In this document: positions 1-12,715 of the stretch, in pieces
Layout of the letters: each line of letters opens with the position of its first letter
Numbering within the stretch: the first letter of the stretch is position 1
Source: Octopus sinensis
Taxonomy: Eukaryota
Assembly: GCF_006345805.1 (NCBI RefSeq)
Contig: NC_043014.1
Location: forward strand, 35,836,001 to 35,900,000
Direction of reading: 5' to 3'
Length of the DNA: 64,000 nt
Program-made: the position numbers and the translations under genes
Notes under the pieces: model-generated
What the model saw: the letters and a program-made list of their open reading frames with translations, nothing else
Told to the model about the DNA's origin: nothing
Database searches by the model: none

Positions 1-688
1 TGCTTGTAAACTGTCATTCTTATTTCTTTCTGTAAACCAAATCCAAATGTGTTGCCTGTAAGTCATATTACGTGTGTTTGTGAGCCGTTTTGCTATCTAA
101 CGTAGCTGTGCATTATGGATGTGTTGTAAGTAATTCTTAATATTTGTGTCTTGTTTATCAGTATAATATGTTTATGCTATTGAATGTATTTATATTTTGT
201 TAAACTTTGGCTGGGAAAGGAAAATTTAGTCCACCTTAAGATTCATTCTAAACATGTATTTTGATTCTACATGCGGAGTCCAGTCCTCTCAGTAGCAAGA
301 AACTAACACAATGAGATACAATTCATTTACCTCTGAATTGTATTTAGATACTAATCAGTTGCTAGATAAATGTGTTCGGAATTTTCTATTTGGTATTCCA
401 TCGTCATCAGATTTCAAAAACGATAAATAAGAGTTGTAAAAGGAAGAATAGCGCTGCAAAAACACAATAAAACACTTCGATAAAAATATTTTTCGTGTTA
501 ATTCAAATAACATTGGAAGGATTAAAATGAAATGGAAAATAAGAACGAATGAATTTATCTGACCATAATACTATACAGTTCACCTAACTGTAAGAACCAC
601 AACGAATTATAGTTAACGTAGCCGTTAAGAAGTAGTATAAATTTAAAAGTAGTCTGCATATTATCCTGCGAGATAGTTTATAACTGTA

Positions 689-1082
689 CTAGCAGTATAG
701 CCCAGCTTTGCTCGGTTTTGTTTCGACCCTTTAGAATTGGAATTTTTGAAAAGTAAAAATTTTGCATTATGTAGTTTGTTATTCTCTTTAAGTGAACATT
801 TTTCTGGTTGACATAAACCAAAAAATGGCGACACCGCAGTCAAAAAATCGTAAAATATAGTGATCTTCATAGAAAAAAAGCACCTTTTTGATGTAAATAA
901 TTTTTGGTCTTAACATGGTCTGATTTGAATTTTATCTTCTACGGGATGAAGAGCAAGCCTTGTTTTATCATACTCTCAATTTTGGTCAACTTGCGCCGCA
1001 GGGTCTCGGAGGAGATAGTGTTAGTTGAAGGCTACGAAACCTGCCACACACACACAGACAACTTCAGCTTTATATATATAGA
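689..1082 (-). mobile_element. Non-autonomous Helitron (diverged copy, intronic)
   Basis: On the minus strand: A|TC start, subterminal CCGAGCAAAGCTGGG hairpin-like motif and CTAG|T end. Termini match the copies at 19026, 24140 and 49860. Confidence 0.7.
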
Positions 1083-1429
1083 TTTGATTAACTGAAATTT
1101 AGGGGAAATGTTGACATCATTCTCACAAAATCGAACTCATAAATGAATTCAACTCAATCTTAGGTGAGGTGACTGTATCTATAAAATTTCTTACATTAGC
1201 AAAAAGTCATATTTCTTCATATGATTAGTGTAGTCGATTGCATAGTGTACAGTGTAGTAATGCTTATTTTAGTAGCACCTGAGACATGAAATGAAATACG
1301 AAGATGATTCAAACTTAGACTTAAAAGAGGTATACCTAAATTCTCCAAACCACTTAATTTGATGTCACTCAATTCAATATCGACAGAGTTTTTTAATACC
1401 TTATGCTGTTTTTTTTTTCCTTCTATAAG

Positions 1430-1521
1430 AGAACGCTTTTTAGAGGTGAGGCTTTTCTTCGAAACATTGCTGTATCACGAAGTAATGCAGGTGCCACAAT
1501 ATACGCTGCTAAACATCATGG
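1430..1521 (+). CDS. DEG/ENaC (ASIC/FaNaC-family) channel, penultimate coding exon
   Basis: Polypyrimidine tract and AG at 1428-1429, GTAAGT donor at 1522. Encodes (R)ERFLEVRLFFETLLYHEVMQVPQYTLLNIM(G), matching the ENaC/ASIC pre-TM2 segment (..L.IYFE.L.Y..I.Q..AY). The phase-1 end fits the next exon. Confidence 0.9.
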
Positions 1522-2129
1522 GTAAGTATATAACACACACATACATACACACACACATCCTTTTTGTTCTTCTTAGTAGAGATTTTGTCTCACTATGACC
1601 ATACAAGCTTCATCTTTTTATTTCTCTTTAGGCTTCTCTCTTCCTTTTTCACTTTTCCTCTTCTTGTAGCCTCCTCACTTATTGCTAGTAATGCAGCTTC
1701 TCATCCCATCATGCATTTCTTCTTTCTATCTACCAAATTGTATTCCGACGAGAGCTATTTTCTATCCTCCATTTGCGCTAACATATTTTTTCTTAGTTTC
1801 TATGCGTGTTCGAAAGATTACTTTCTTTTCTCATTAATCTTTTGACTCCATATCTGTTTGTATCTAAGTTTCCGTTTCATTCATATGTAGTTGCTTTCAA
1901 TGTTTTAAGACCTCAGACTTCTTATTGTACTACCCGCCATCTCATATGTTTACAATCATTGGGGCTTTCCAGACGAGTGTTAATGTAAGGTAAGTGCATC
2001 GAAACAACCTTGATTCTGGATCCCAAAGCTGATGAGGAGCGTTCCATGTCTATTTGTCCTTTTTCGTAAACTGTTTTGGACGTCACTTTTACAAACATAT
2101 ATTTTTAGCGTTCCTAACCTTCCTTCTTC

Positions 2130-2247
2130 TGTGTGTGTGTGTGTGTGTGTGTATACATATATACATTTTTGTGTGTGTACGCCAGCACGCACGCACACAC
2201 ATACATACATGCATACATATATATGTATGTATGCATGTATGTATATT

Positions 2248-2281
<34 letters not shown>

Positions 2282-2330
2282 TGTATGTATGTATGTATGT
2301 ATGTATGTAGGTTGGTATGTAGGTATATAA
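2130..2330. repeat. (TG)n/(TATG)n microsatellite block in the last intron
   Basis: Direct inspection. Confidence 0.95.
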
Positions 2331-2454
2331 TGAATCTATGTGATATATAATTTATACTAAAATTAGTTATAAATTTTCTTTCTCTCTATTCTCTATCTAT
2401 TTCCTGCTGCATTCTCCGAAGTAACTATCAGTCAAATGTTTTGCTATCTTCCAG

Positions 2455-2591
2455 GAATAGTCGGTGGTCAGATGGGACTTTACCTTGGTGCCAGCATCTT
2501 GACAATTTCAGAACTGGCTGAATTTATTTGCATCTTCATTTTGTCAGCCACACATCGTCTTCTGACATGTAGGCGACGCTTGGCACATTAA
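2455..2591 (+). CDS. DEG/ENaC channel, terminal coding exon (TM2 and short C-tail)
   Basis: CCAG acceptor at 2451-2454. Encodes (G)IVGGQMGLYLGASILTISELAEFICIFILSATHRLLTCRRRLAH* with the GGQMGLxxGAS TM2/selectivity-filter signature. TAA at 2589-2591. Confidence 0.92.
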
Positions 2592-2709
2592 TTGCTAATT
2601 ACGTCTCTGCGAAAGAGAATGTGTTCGTCAACGGGTCCACACACATATATAATAAGAGTCAGTAACCCGAAATTTCGAACTCACTGTCAACTTTTTGTTG
2701 AAAATAATT

Positions 2710-2715
2710 AATAAA
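2710..2715 (+). promoter_or_regulatory. Candidate polyadenylation signal of the DEG/ENaC gene
   Basis: AATAAA about 120 nt after the stop codon. The hexamer is common in AT-rich DNA. Confidence 0.35.
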
Positions 2716-2809
2716 CATGTACTCTTCAAAGAAGTATTGAATGGTCCCTTGTCTTAATGTTATTAATCTTAAATCGTTCTTATACATAACTTTAAATAAA
2801 AGCAAACAA

Positions 2810-3310
<501 letters not shown>

Positions 3311-3518
3311 CTTTAACTTATTTCAGTCATTAAACTGTGGCTGCCATGCTAGTGTACAGCCTTGAAGAATTTTTAGTCGAATAAAAGGAGCTCAGTACTT
3401 GTTTAAGCTTAGTACTTATTCTATCGATCTATTTGGCCGAACCGCTAAGTTGCGGTCGCGTAAACAAACCAACACCGATTGTCCAGCAGTGGTAGAGACG
3501 AACACAGATACAAACATA

Positions 3519-3569
<51 letters not shown>

Positions 3570-3714
3570 GACGGACTTTCTTCAATTTACCAAATCCACT
3601 CACAAGGCTTTGATCGGCCCAAGGCTATAGTCGAAGACCTTTGCCCAAGGTACCACGCTGAGAAAGTTAACCCGGAAACATCTGGCTGGAAAGTAAGCTT
3701 CTTACTGCACAACC
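3311..3714 (-). mobile_element. SINE family A (tRNA head + CORE-like + internal microsatellite + 3' module), diverged
   Basis: Reverse-complement homology to the copy at 8881-9294. Confidence 0.8.
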
Positions 3715-4214
3715 ATATATATATATGTGTGTGTGTGTGTATGAAATATGCACCATACATCGTATGCTGGGTAATCTAAGATCTTATAACATTATATCTT
3801 CATACATTAATCAATAGTATCAATGCCTCTTACTAGAATATATAGAAAACTCTTATACTTCTTCATGAGCATAAGAATATTGAACTCGTCTTGATTACTT
3901 TTAACAATATTTGGAGATCCATCGAAGATCAAATACGCTTAATTTCCACTCACGTTGAGATTGATAGTTTACAGCCATTTATGTCGAACGCAAACCAGAA
4001 CTCAATGAAAGACCAAACCTAATTTGCATGTATTTGCATTCGTTTGTAACGTTGTAATTTAACTGATTAATTAATTATACACAGCGAGTTAAAAATACTT
4101 TATTTCACATTGTAGTAACACCTGCATTAAATGTGTATTAAAGAAACGGTTTCACCTACGTATTTTGTTTGTTTCTTTGTGTGTTGTGTGTGTGTGTGGT
4201 GTGTGTGTGTGTGT

Positions 4215-4270
<56 letters not shown>

Positions 4271-4820
4271 GTTTTAGTGTAAGCAACCTGTGATTATTCA
4301 GCGTTGGCCATCTCAAGATCTGACAACAATTGTCAATTTTCGTAAACAAAAAAAAATATACCAAATCTATTCTGTTTTGAGTACACGCTACTTTGAACAG
4401 GGAACACAATAAAAAAAAAAACAATAGGCACGCTCACACACACAGATTCGCACACTTGCATTAGCATGTGTGTGTGTGTGTCTTTTTGAAAAATTTGTTG
4501 CTGACAAAAAGAATGTTTTTGTTTCTTGTACAAAGACTTGGTATCCCTTGATTCCCACGGCACACGATCTGATGCAAATTCATGAACTAAACAAAAATAA
4601 CAAGTTGATAAACTGATTAAAACAGGTGAAATAAATACACTCCGGCACTTCTTGATAGTTAGACACAATAATAAGCTACAACATTCTAAGACAGTTCCGA
4701 TATATGTTCACACACAGCTGCTTCATGTTTCAACTTCAGCTGAAATGGGACGTCAAAGCATGGAAGAAATATTCCGAGCATAGATAGTAGTTTGTAATAA
4801 ATCGTAAATAAAGTACTATA

Positions 4821-4991
4821 GGCGCAGGAGTGGCTGTGTGGTAAGTAGCTTGCTAACCAACCACATGGTTCCGGGTTCAGTCCTACTGCGTGGCATCTTG
4901 GGCAAGTGTCTTCTGCTATAGCCCCGGGCCGACCAATGCCTTGTGAGTCGGTTTGGTAGACGGAAACTGAAAGAAGCCTGTCGTATATATG

Positions 4992-5022
<31 letters not shown>

Positions 5023-5270
5023 ATGTGTGTGTGTGGTGTGTGTGTGTGTGTGTGTGTGCGTGTGCGTGTTTGTATGTCTGTGTTTGTCCCCCTAGCATTG
5101 CTTGACAACCGATGCTGGTGTGTTTACGTCCCCGTCACTTAGCGGTTCGGCAAAAGAGAACGATAGAATAAGTACTAGGCTTACAAAGAATAAGTCCCGG
5201 GGTCGATTTGCTCGACTAAAGGCGGTGCTCCAGCATGGCCGCAGTCAAATGAGTGAAACAAGTAAAAGAA
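4821..5270 (+). mobile_element. SINE family A, full length
   Basis: GGCGCAGGAGTGGCTGTGTGG A-box, GGTTCAGTCC B-box, CTTGGGCAAGTG CORE-like segment, internal (TA)n(TG)n and AAGTAAAAG tail. Confidence 0.9.
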
Positions 5271-5289
5271 ATGGTACAAGCATGGCTGT

Positions 5290-5530
5290 GTGGTTAAGAA
5301 GTTTGTTTACCTATCATGCGGTCTTGCTTTGCTATCATGTGATACAGCATGACACAGAACATGACAAGGCTGGCCCATTGAAATACAGGTACAACTCAAT
5401 TTTGCCAGCTAAGTTAACTGGGGCGATGTAAAATAAAATGTCTTGCTCAAGGACGCAACTCCCCACCTGGTATCGAACTCCCGGCCTGGCGATTGTGAGC
5501 CGAATACCCTATACACCTGACCACACGTGT
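5290..5530 (-). mobile_element. SINE family C (tRNA-derived, GTCCTTGAGCAAGACA core)
   Basis: Homologous to 16375-16918 and 23620-23940. GAGTTCGATACC B-box on the minus strand. Confidence 0.7.
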
Positions 5531-5613
5531 GTATGTGGTCAATCGTGAGGCCGTGAGTTCGATACCCGGCGGTAAGTTGTGTCCTTTACCCACTATGTGC
5601 ATCGTATATATAT

Positions 5614-5712
<99 letters not shown>

Positions 5713-5862
5713 TATATGTACGTATGTATGTTGTATGTATGTATGTATGTATGTACGTATGTATGTATGTATGTATGTATGTATGTATGTATGTATGTAT
5801 GTATGTATGTATGTATGTGTATGTATGTATGTATGTATGTATGTATGTATGTATGTATGTAC

Positions 5863-6125
5863 ACAAATGAGAGGAATGCCCACTAAGTGGACAACCATTA
5901 TGCTAGAAGTAGATCCATTATGGTCTTACCACTAAGAACATTTCTTAGTGGTAAGACCATAGCGGATCTACTTCTAGCATAAGGGTTGTCCACATTGTGG
6001 TCATCCTTCTCATTTGTATATAATACAGTTTACTGAACCTTCAGATTTTATATGCTAGACCACTGGTGTGAATTGATGTTAGTTTAATTAAATTAATATC
6101 CAATTTCTCACCCTCATTTTTAATT

Positions 6126-6130
<5 letters not shown>
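5863..6130 (+). mobile_element. PLE-like terminal fragment with a 76-bp fold-back at its 5' end
   Basis: Inverted arms 5863-5938 and 5942-6017. The 3' part resembles 10740-10855. Ends in (TA)n. Confidence 0.5.
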
Positions 6131-6156
<26 letters not shown>

Positions 6157-6161
6157 TATAT

Positions 6162-6195
<34 letters not shown>

Positions 6196-6237
6196 GATAT
6201 ATATATAGATATATATAATATATAATTATGTATATTC

Positions 6238-6454
6238 TTTTATTCTTTTACTTGTTTCAGACATTTAACTGCGGCCATGCTGGAGCACCGCTTTTAGTCG
6301 AACAAATCGATCCCAGGAGTTCTTTGTAAGCCTAGTACTTATTCTATCGTTCCCTTTAGCCGAACCGCTAAGTTACAGGTACATAGATACACCAGCATCG
6401 ATTATCAAGCGATGGGGGGGGGGCAAACAAAGACACACAAACACACACAGGCAT

Positions 6455-6505
<51 letters not shown>

Positions 6506-6667
6506 ACGGGCTTCTTTCAGTTTCCGTCTACCAAATCCACTCACAAGGCTTTGGTCGGCCCAAGGCTATAGTAGAAGACACTTGCCCAAGGTGCCACGGA
6601 GTGGGACTGAATCCGAGATCATGTGGTTGGTAAGCAAGCTACGTTCCACACAGCCACTCCTGCACCT
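6238..6667 (-). mobile_element. SINE family A
   Basis: Both modules present in reverse, with the internal (CA)/(TA) tract. Confidence 0.85.
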
Positions 6668-6735
6668 ATCATATATATGTATATATACTGATATATATAT
6701 ATATAATTATATGTGTATGTGTGCATGTGTGTGTG

Positions 6736-6784
<49 letters not shown>

Positions 6785-6959
6785 CGACGCGTAAATAACA
6801 GTAGATGCAGGATTCCAAAACAGAGATAAACGCTCATGAGGACAATAAAAAGAATAAACCGAAAAATCAATAATCTAATATACCACCACCACCAGTACCA
6901 GCACCAACACTCCCAATCAAGAACATTAACAACCTTGGAATCAAAGAAATAACCTCTGC

Positions 6960-7390
6960 GGGACAGTATGAGAATCTTCATAAACGACCAAAGCGATTCA
7001 GAGGAAATCTGAGCTATTAAAAACATCAAAGATAATCCTAAGGTTCTTTTCTTTTTACCCTTTTGCAAAAGCACATAGGACCACAGTTTCCTCTATCGGC
7101 CCACTGGTTGACGGAAACAGCATTCTTAACAGTGATACCAAAGGCTTGGCAGAGATTCTGCCAAGTCAATACTGCTCTGTTTTCAGTGACCCTGATTCAG
7201 TTGATTCAACCAGCTTTCCTTCTTTGAATCCTCAGCCTGTCCTTTCCGACATAACCTTCGACGCTACTGGCATCCTAGCAGCAATAAAAGAAATCAAACC
7301 TGATTCAGCAGTGGGTCCTGACAGGTTCTCTACTAGAGTACTGAAGGAATGCAGACAGTAACTTGCAGATCCTCTTTCACTTCCAGTCAT
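6960..7390 (+). mobile_element. CR1/L2-like LINE ORF2 fragment (EN-RT linker), pseudogenised
   Basis: IKDNPKV...IGPLVDGN...AEILPSQYCSVF...IKPDSAVGPDRFSTRVLKEC..LADPL motif series. Confidence 0.75.
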
Positions 7391-7524
7391 ACTGTTATAT
7401 CTGGACTGTTATAATATCAGACGTTCCTGATGTTCTCTTATTACTCTCCAACTGTGTATTTTGTTACACACACATATATATACATATAATTATATATATA
7501 TCAGTATATATACATATATAGGAC

Positions 7525-7694
7525 AGGTGCAGGCATGCTGTGTGGTAAGTAGCTTGCTTACCAACCACAGGATCCCGGATTCAGTCCCACTGCGTGGCAC
7601 CTTGGGTAAGTGTCTTCTACTATAGCCTCGGGCCGACCAAAGCCTTGTGAGTGGATTTGGTAGACGGAAACTGAAAGAAGCCTGTCGTATATAA

Positions 7695-7739
<45 letters not shown>

Positions 7740-8215
7740 GTGTGTGTGTGTCCTTGTATGTCCCCCACCATCGCTTGATAATCGATGTTGGTGTGTCTAT
7801 GTATCTGTAACAAGCACTCCACGCTATCTCTATTCAATAATTCCTGCGACCTGTACAATATGGCTGCGCACATGATACTCTCTTCCTTTATTTTGGCACT
7901 GCGGCCATTCACACAGAGAGGGCAGCACAAGGACAGACATCACATCACAGTGGGGACAAAAAACAAAACGAATGAAAAAATGAAAAACAAAATGTATAAT
8001 GAAATCGATGATGATGGAACGGCTGCATTGTCTGTGTTTGTCCCCACCAACACTTGACAACTGGTGTTAGTGTATTTCCATCCTCGTAACTTAGCGGTTC
8101 GGCATAGAGTCCAGTCATAAAAATTAAACGATACTAGGGTTGATTCATTTGACTAAAAGTTCTTCAAGGCAGTTACCCTGTATGGCCGCTGTCCAATGAC
8201 TGAAACCCATGAAAG
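7525..8215 (+). mobile_element. SINE family A, interrupted or with a duplicated 3' module
   Basis: Head at 7525-7690. The 3' module starts at 7750, is broken by ~220 nt of unrelated DNA and restarts at ~8030. Confidence 0.7.
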
Positions 8216-8880
8216 ATATACAATCAGTAATCTTATTTTTCTTTTATAATTACTTTGAAATCTAGTATGATTTGTACTAACATTAAATCGACCTAGTATT
8301 TAACTGGTTCTCTTATTTTTCAACCTTAGAAAGAGGAATAGCAATTTTAACCTCAGCAGGATTTGACCACGTAACATAAAGGATAGTAAATAAGTAACGC
8401 AAAGCACTTTATCAGTTCCTCCTAGTTCGCAGCCATAAAGAATGTGTTCTCATGTGTAAGCAGCATAGATTGTGCAGGATCCGCGATCAGATTCCTTTAG
8501 AATAATTTGGATCATGTGGTGAACAACCAATAAACTTAGGGTTTTTTTAATGCGCCATGGAAAAGTTGGAATGCAAGGGGGATAACTAAAACTATGTAGA
8601 ATTTCAAGGGAGTTAACTACTGAAAGTATTTAAAATAAGACGATGTTCAAGGGAGATAACTAGAGAAAAGTATTTTAGAATAACTTCCCTTATTCCTTTA
8701 TTCACTTGTTTGTGTACTCATTTGTTTAATTATTTCTTTTATGAGTTAGTTTGTTATCGGATGTATGTATATTTCGAAGATTAAGTAATGTGATTATGAT
8801 GTGATTTTCGTGTGAAATGGATTGTAAAATACATGTAGAATGATGAATGTTTTATGTGTAATACGCATAGAAAGAACATT

Positions 8881-9294
8881 GGCGCAGGAGTGGCTGTTTG
8901 GTAAGTAGCTTGCTAACCAACCACATGGTTCCGGGTTCAGTCCCACTGCGTGGCACCTTGGGCAAGTATCTTCTGCTATAGCCCCGGGCCGACCAATGCC
9001 TTGTGAGTGGATTTGGTAGACGGAAACTGAAAGAAGCCTGTCGTATATATGTATATATATATAAGTGTGTGTTCCCCTGTGTTTGTTCCCCTAGCATTGC
9101 TTGACAACCGATGCTGGTGTGTTTACGTCCCCGTCACTTAGCGGTTCGGCAAAAGAGACCGATAGAATAAGTACTGGGCTTACAAAGAATAAGTCCCGGG
9201 GTCAATTTGCTCGACTAAAGGCGGTGCTCCAGCATGGCCGCAGTCAAATTACTGAAACAAGTAAAAAGAGTAAAAAGAGAAAAGAAAAAGAGTA
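8881..9294 (+). mobile_element. SINE family A, full-length reference copy
   Basis: Pol III A/B boxes, CORE-like region, internal (TA)n, 3' module and (AAAAGAGT)n tail. Further partial copies at about 22400-22765, 23040-23520, 25583-25725, 32950-33050, 35785-36000, 37780-38045, 39780-39985, 41065-41228, 42595-42815, 46268-46470, 54480-54580, 55727-55830, 59423-59760, 60330-60750 and 63775-63965. Confidence 0.92.
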
Positions 9295-9468
9295 TTGGAT
9301 GAATTTGGCCGTCGGGGTACCACAAATATGCAGTGATCACCAAATGTGTATGAAATTTCTGTAGAATATTTACAGTCAAGTACTGAAACAGAGACAGAAA
9401 TAGAGAATAAGAAAAGAGTCTAGAGGAAGAGTGAAAGAGAGAGGGGAGAGAGAATGTGTGTGCGTCTT

Positions 9469-9546
<78 letters not shown>

Positions 9547-10101
9547 GTGTGTGTGTGTGCGCATGCGTATATTCAGTCACCTTTTCAGAGGAAACAGAAA
9601 AATGTAAATAAGATAGAATGATGGTAGACAAATAGAGTGTGTATTAGAGAACAGAAAAATATCCAAATATAGTGTGGGGGTGTATGACTGAGAGAGATGC
9701 AGAGAGAGGGTGTACTTCGACAAAAAGACAGTGAGACACAAGCATAGGGAGAGAGAGAGGAAGACATGTAGTGTGAGAGAGAGAGACAGAGATGTAGATA
9801 GAAAGCGAAGTAATGAGATAGAGAGACAGTGAGAGAGAAATTTAAAAGGGAGAGAGAGAAGGGCGTCTATTTTCAAAGAGATAAACTCTAGAAGTTGGTG
9901 AAGCAGAGAGTACATTGACTCACGTGACCAAACGGAAAAACCAAATGAATTTTCTAGTAATCAACTGTCCAACGAAGCAAGAACAATGTTACATTGTTTA
10001 TCGGCTAATCATGTTTTTTTCCACGTATGTATGTATGTATGTATGTTGTATGTATGTATGTAAAGATAAATTATAAGACATATATATATATATATATATA
10101 T

Positions 10102-10415
10102 GGAGGCGCAATGGCCCAGAGGTTAGGGCAGCGGACTCGCGGTCGTGGGGTCGCGGTTTCGATTCCCAGACCGAGTGTTGTGAGTGTTTATTGAGCGAAA
10201 ACACCTAAAGCTCCACGAAGCTCCTGCAGGGGATGGTGTCGATCCCTGCTGTACTCTTTCGCCACAACTTTCTCTCACTCTTTCTTCTGTTGGCCTGCTC
10301 GCTTAGCCAGCGGGGTGGCGTCATTTGAAGGCTAAAAAACAGTGCGAAGCGCATTGTGACCAGCGATGTGTAGCAACATCTGACAGCCTGGTCGGTCACG
10401 CTGATCACGGTGGTG
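10102..10415 (+). mobile_element. SINE family D (tRNA-derived head, distinct body)
   Basis: GGCGCAATGGCCCAGAGG A-box and GGTTTCGATTCCC B-box. The 3' part recurs on the minus strand at 52805-52920. Confidence 0.8.
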
Positions 10416-10434
10416 TATATATATATATATATAT

Positions 10435-10469
<35 letters not shown>

Positions 10470-10484
10470 GAGCAATAAGAAAAT

Positions 10485-10855
10485 GGAGGGGATCAATAGT
10501 TGGTATTCATCAACTTTTAGACTTTATATTATGTCAACTTATTTATTTATTAATTTACTAATTCCTATATGTTACGTATATATTTTAATAATTAATGATA
10601 TCTTAATATATTATATACGTAAAGCATAATATGCTATGACTGTTCTAATTGTTCTTTCAGTAAATTAATAAATAAATAAGTTGACATAATATAATGTCTA
10701 AAAGTTGATGAATACCACCTAATGATCCCCTCCTTATATGTATGTAATATAATTTTTTCAGAATCTTCAGATTTTTCAATATGCTAGGCCACTGGTTTTA
10801 AATTGATATTAATCAAATTAATATTCAATTTTTCATCCTTATTATTTAAATTTAT
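10485..10855 (+). mobile_element. PLE-like terminal fragment with 75-bp inverted repeat
   Basis: Arms 10485-10559 and 10659-10733. Tail similar to 6030-6130. Followed by (TA)n. Confidence 0.45.
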
Positions 10856-10871
10856 ATATATATATATATAT

Positions 10872-10927
<56 letters not shown>

Positions 10928-10960
10928 TTATGTATGTATGTATGTATGTATGTATGTATG

Positions 10961-11019
<59 letters not shown>

Positions 11020-11664
11020 TTATTTATATGTACGTATGTGTGTATGTATGTATGTATGTATGTATGTATGTATGTATGTATGTTTGTGTCTGCGTGGTAT
11101 TTGTTATCCACCAGTGCTTGACAATCAGTTTTGGCTTATTTACGTTGTCATGTGGTGGAGAGTGGCAAATACAGATAATAAATTTATCGATGAATTCAAG
11201 TGCAGTTTTTTTTAATCAATTAACTGACAATTAATTAAGTTTCACTGTTGCATAATGATGCCACTTAAGCGGACCAATGTAGTTTCGTCGCAGTTTTCAT
11301 ATCCCTGCTGTTAAAGACATGGGCTGCCTTATCTGCCCTGTATTTAATCATAGCTTTTGCTGAATGATAAGTTGACTTGTTGCTATGCAAACACACCAAC
11401 ATTTTAGTTAACACGTAATACGTGTGTGATGGCCATGACAGAGCATTGTCCAAGATAGTGAAAGCTGATACTTCTGGGGAATGTTATGGCATTACTTAAA
11501 CATACCGGCGTTACCTGATATTTACCAGCGATAAATATCATATGCATAGGTTATGTTGTTGAGTGGTGTGTTTGTTCGTGTAGCTATGTGCTTGTGGGTG
11601 TGATTGTGTGTTGTCGTCTCTCTGTGTGTTTCTATTAAATTATGTAAGTGGGTATATGTAAAGG

Positions 11665-12715
11665 CAGTGGCGGTTCGTTTATAGGAGCTGCAGAACTACA
11701 GCACCCCCTATTTTCGCTCGATATTATCGATAACATTTAAAATAATGAGTCCCTTTTTCTTTAATTCTTTCTTTATACTTGTACATTATATAAATCAATT
11801 GCAGCGTGGAAGGTGTTTGTAAGCCATTTAAGAAACATACAAAAGCCGTTCGATTCACTTCAACATTTAAGTTTAATTTGTCAAAATATTTTCGTCGCTT
11901 TAAGACCGCGACCTGTTCACTGACAAAAACCCGTGCTGCACGGATTTTTGTCATTGATTTTTGTCAGTGAACAGGTCGCGGTCTTAAAGCGATGAAAATA
12001 TTTTGACAAATTAAACTTAAATGTTGAGGTGAATCGAACGGCTTTTGTTTGTTTCTTAAATGGCTCACAAATACCTTCCGCGCTGCAATTGTTTTCGTTT
12101 CAGCACACGATCTCAGATCAAATCACTTGCTATGCAAGTACATCTCCGTCATTATATAATCCTTAAGCTTAATGTCAGTAGCCATCCCCTAGTTTATGAA
12201 AAAAAAACCAAAAATCCTTGTATAGAACTGTGCACTTCACAGTTACAACGACGCAATTTTTGGCTGTTGTGCGCATGCTCACATGTCCGAGCTAGGACGC
12301 TGTACGCAAGGGAGAGAGAGCACAGCGTGAACGACAGTGCCGGTGAAAGTGTTTCTTTTTGACTCCGCGTATGTTGTGCTTAAAAACGTGTTTATATTCT
12401 TGAATGTGATAAAGTGTAGAATTAGATTATTATCCTTCTTCCAGCTTCAGTGTTGCTGCCAGGATTTGAAAATTGGGCACATTTCCCCACCTTATTTTGT
12501 GATTCAGGAGGTGGGGTTGAAAAACAATGGAGAATTCGCGGCGGTGTTCAGTGAACAAATTAAACACTACCCGTTAGTGGCTAAAACGCAAACCGATCAA
12601 GTTTATTAATAAATTTTCTTTTTATATGTTTGTTTCCTTTTGCACAATATTAAAAGAACGGCTAAAAATTTTCTGAAGCGGCACCCCAACTAATTTTATA
12701 TGCGAGCCGCCACTG
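11665..12715. mobile_element. Non-autonomous hAT-like DNA transposon with internal fold-back
   Basis: Imperfect TIRs CAGTGGCGG(T/C)TCG. Degenerate 8-bp TSD TGTAAAGG/CGTAAGGG. Confidence 0.65.

Noticed and set aside
340-420. Minus-strand CTGATGA...GAAC hammerhead-like motif
   Set aside because: GAAA is incomplete, stem II is offset from the core and there is no convincing stem I or III.
1-1420. Further upstream exons of the DEG/ENaC gene
   Set aside because: No AG/GT-bounded open segment with ENaC-like sequence was found. Earlier exons probably lie before the window.
4821-4900. tRNA gene calls for SINE heads (also 10102, 16375)
   Set aside because: A and B boxes are present, but there is no complete cloverleaf or acceptor stem, and each head continues into a multi-copy SINE body.
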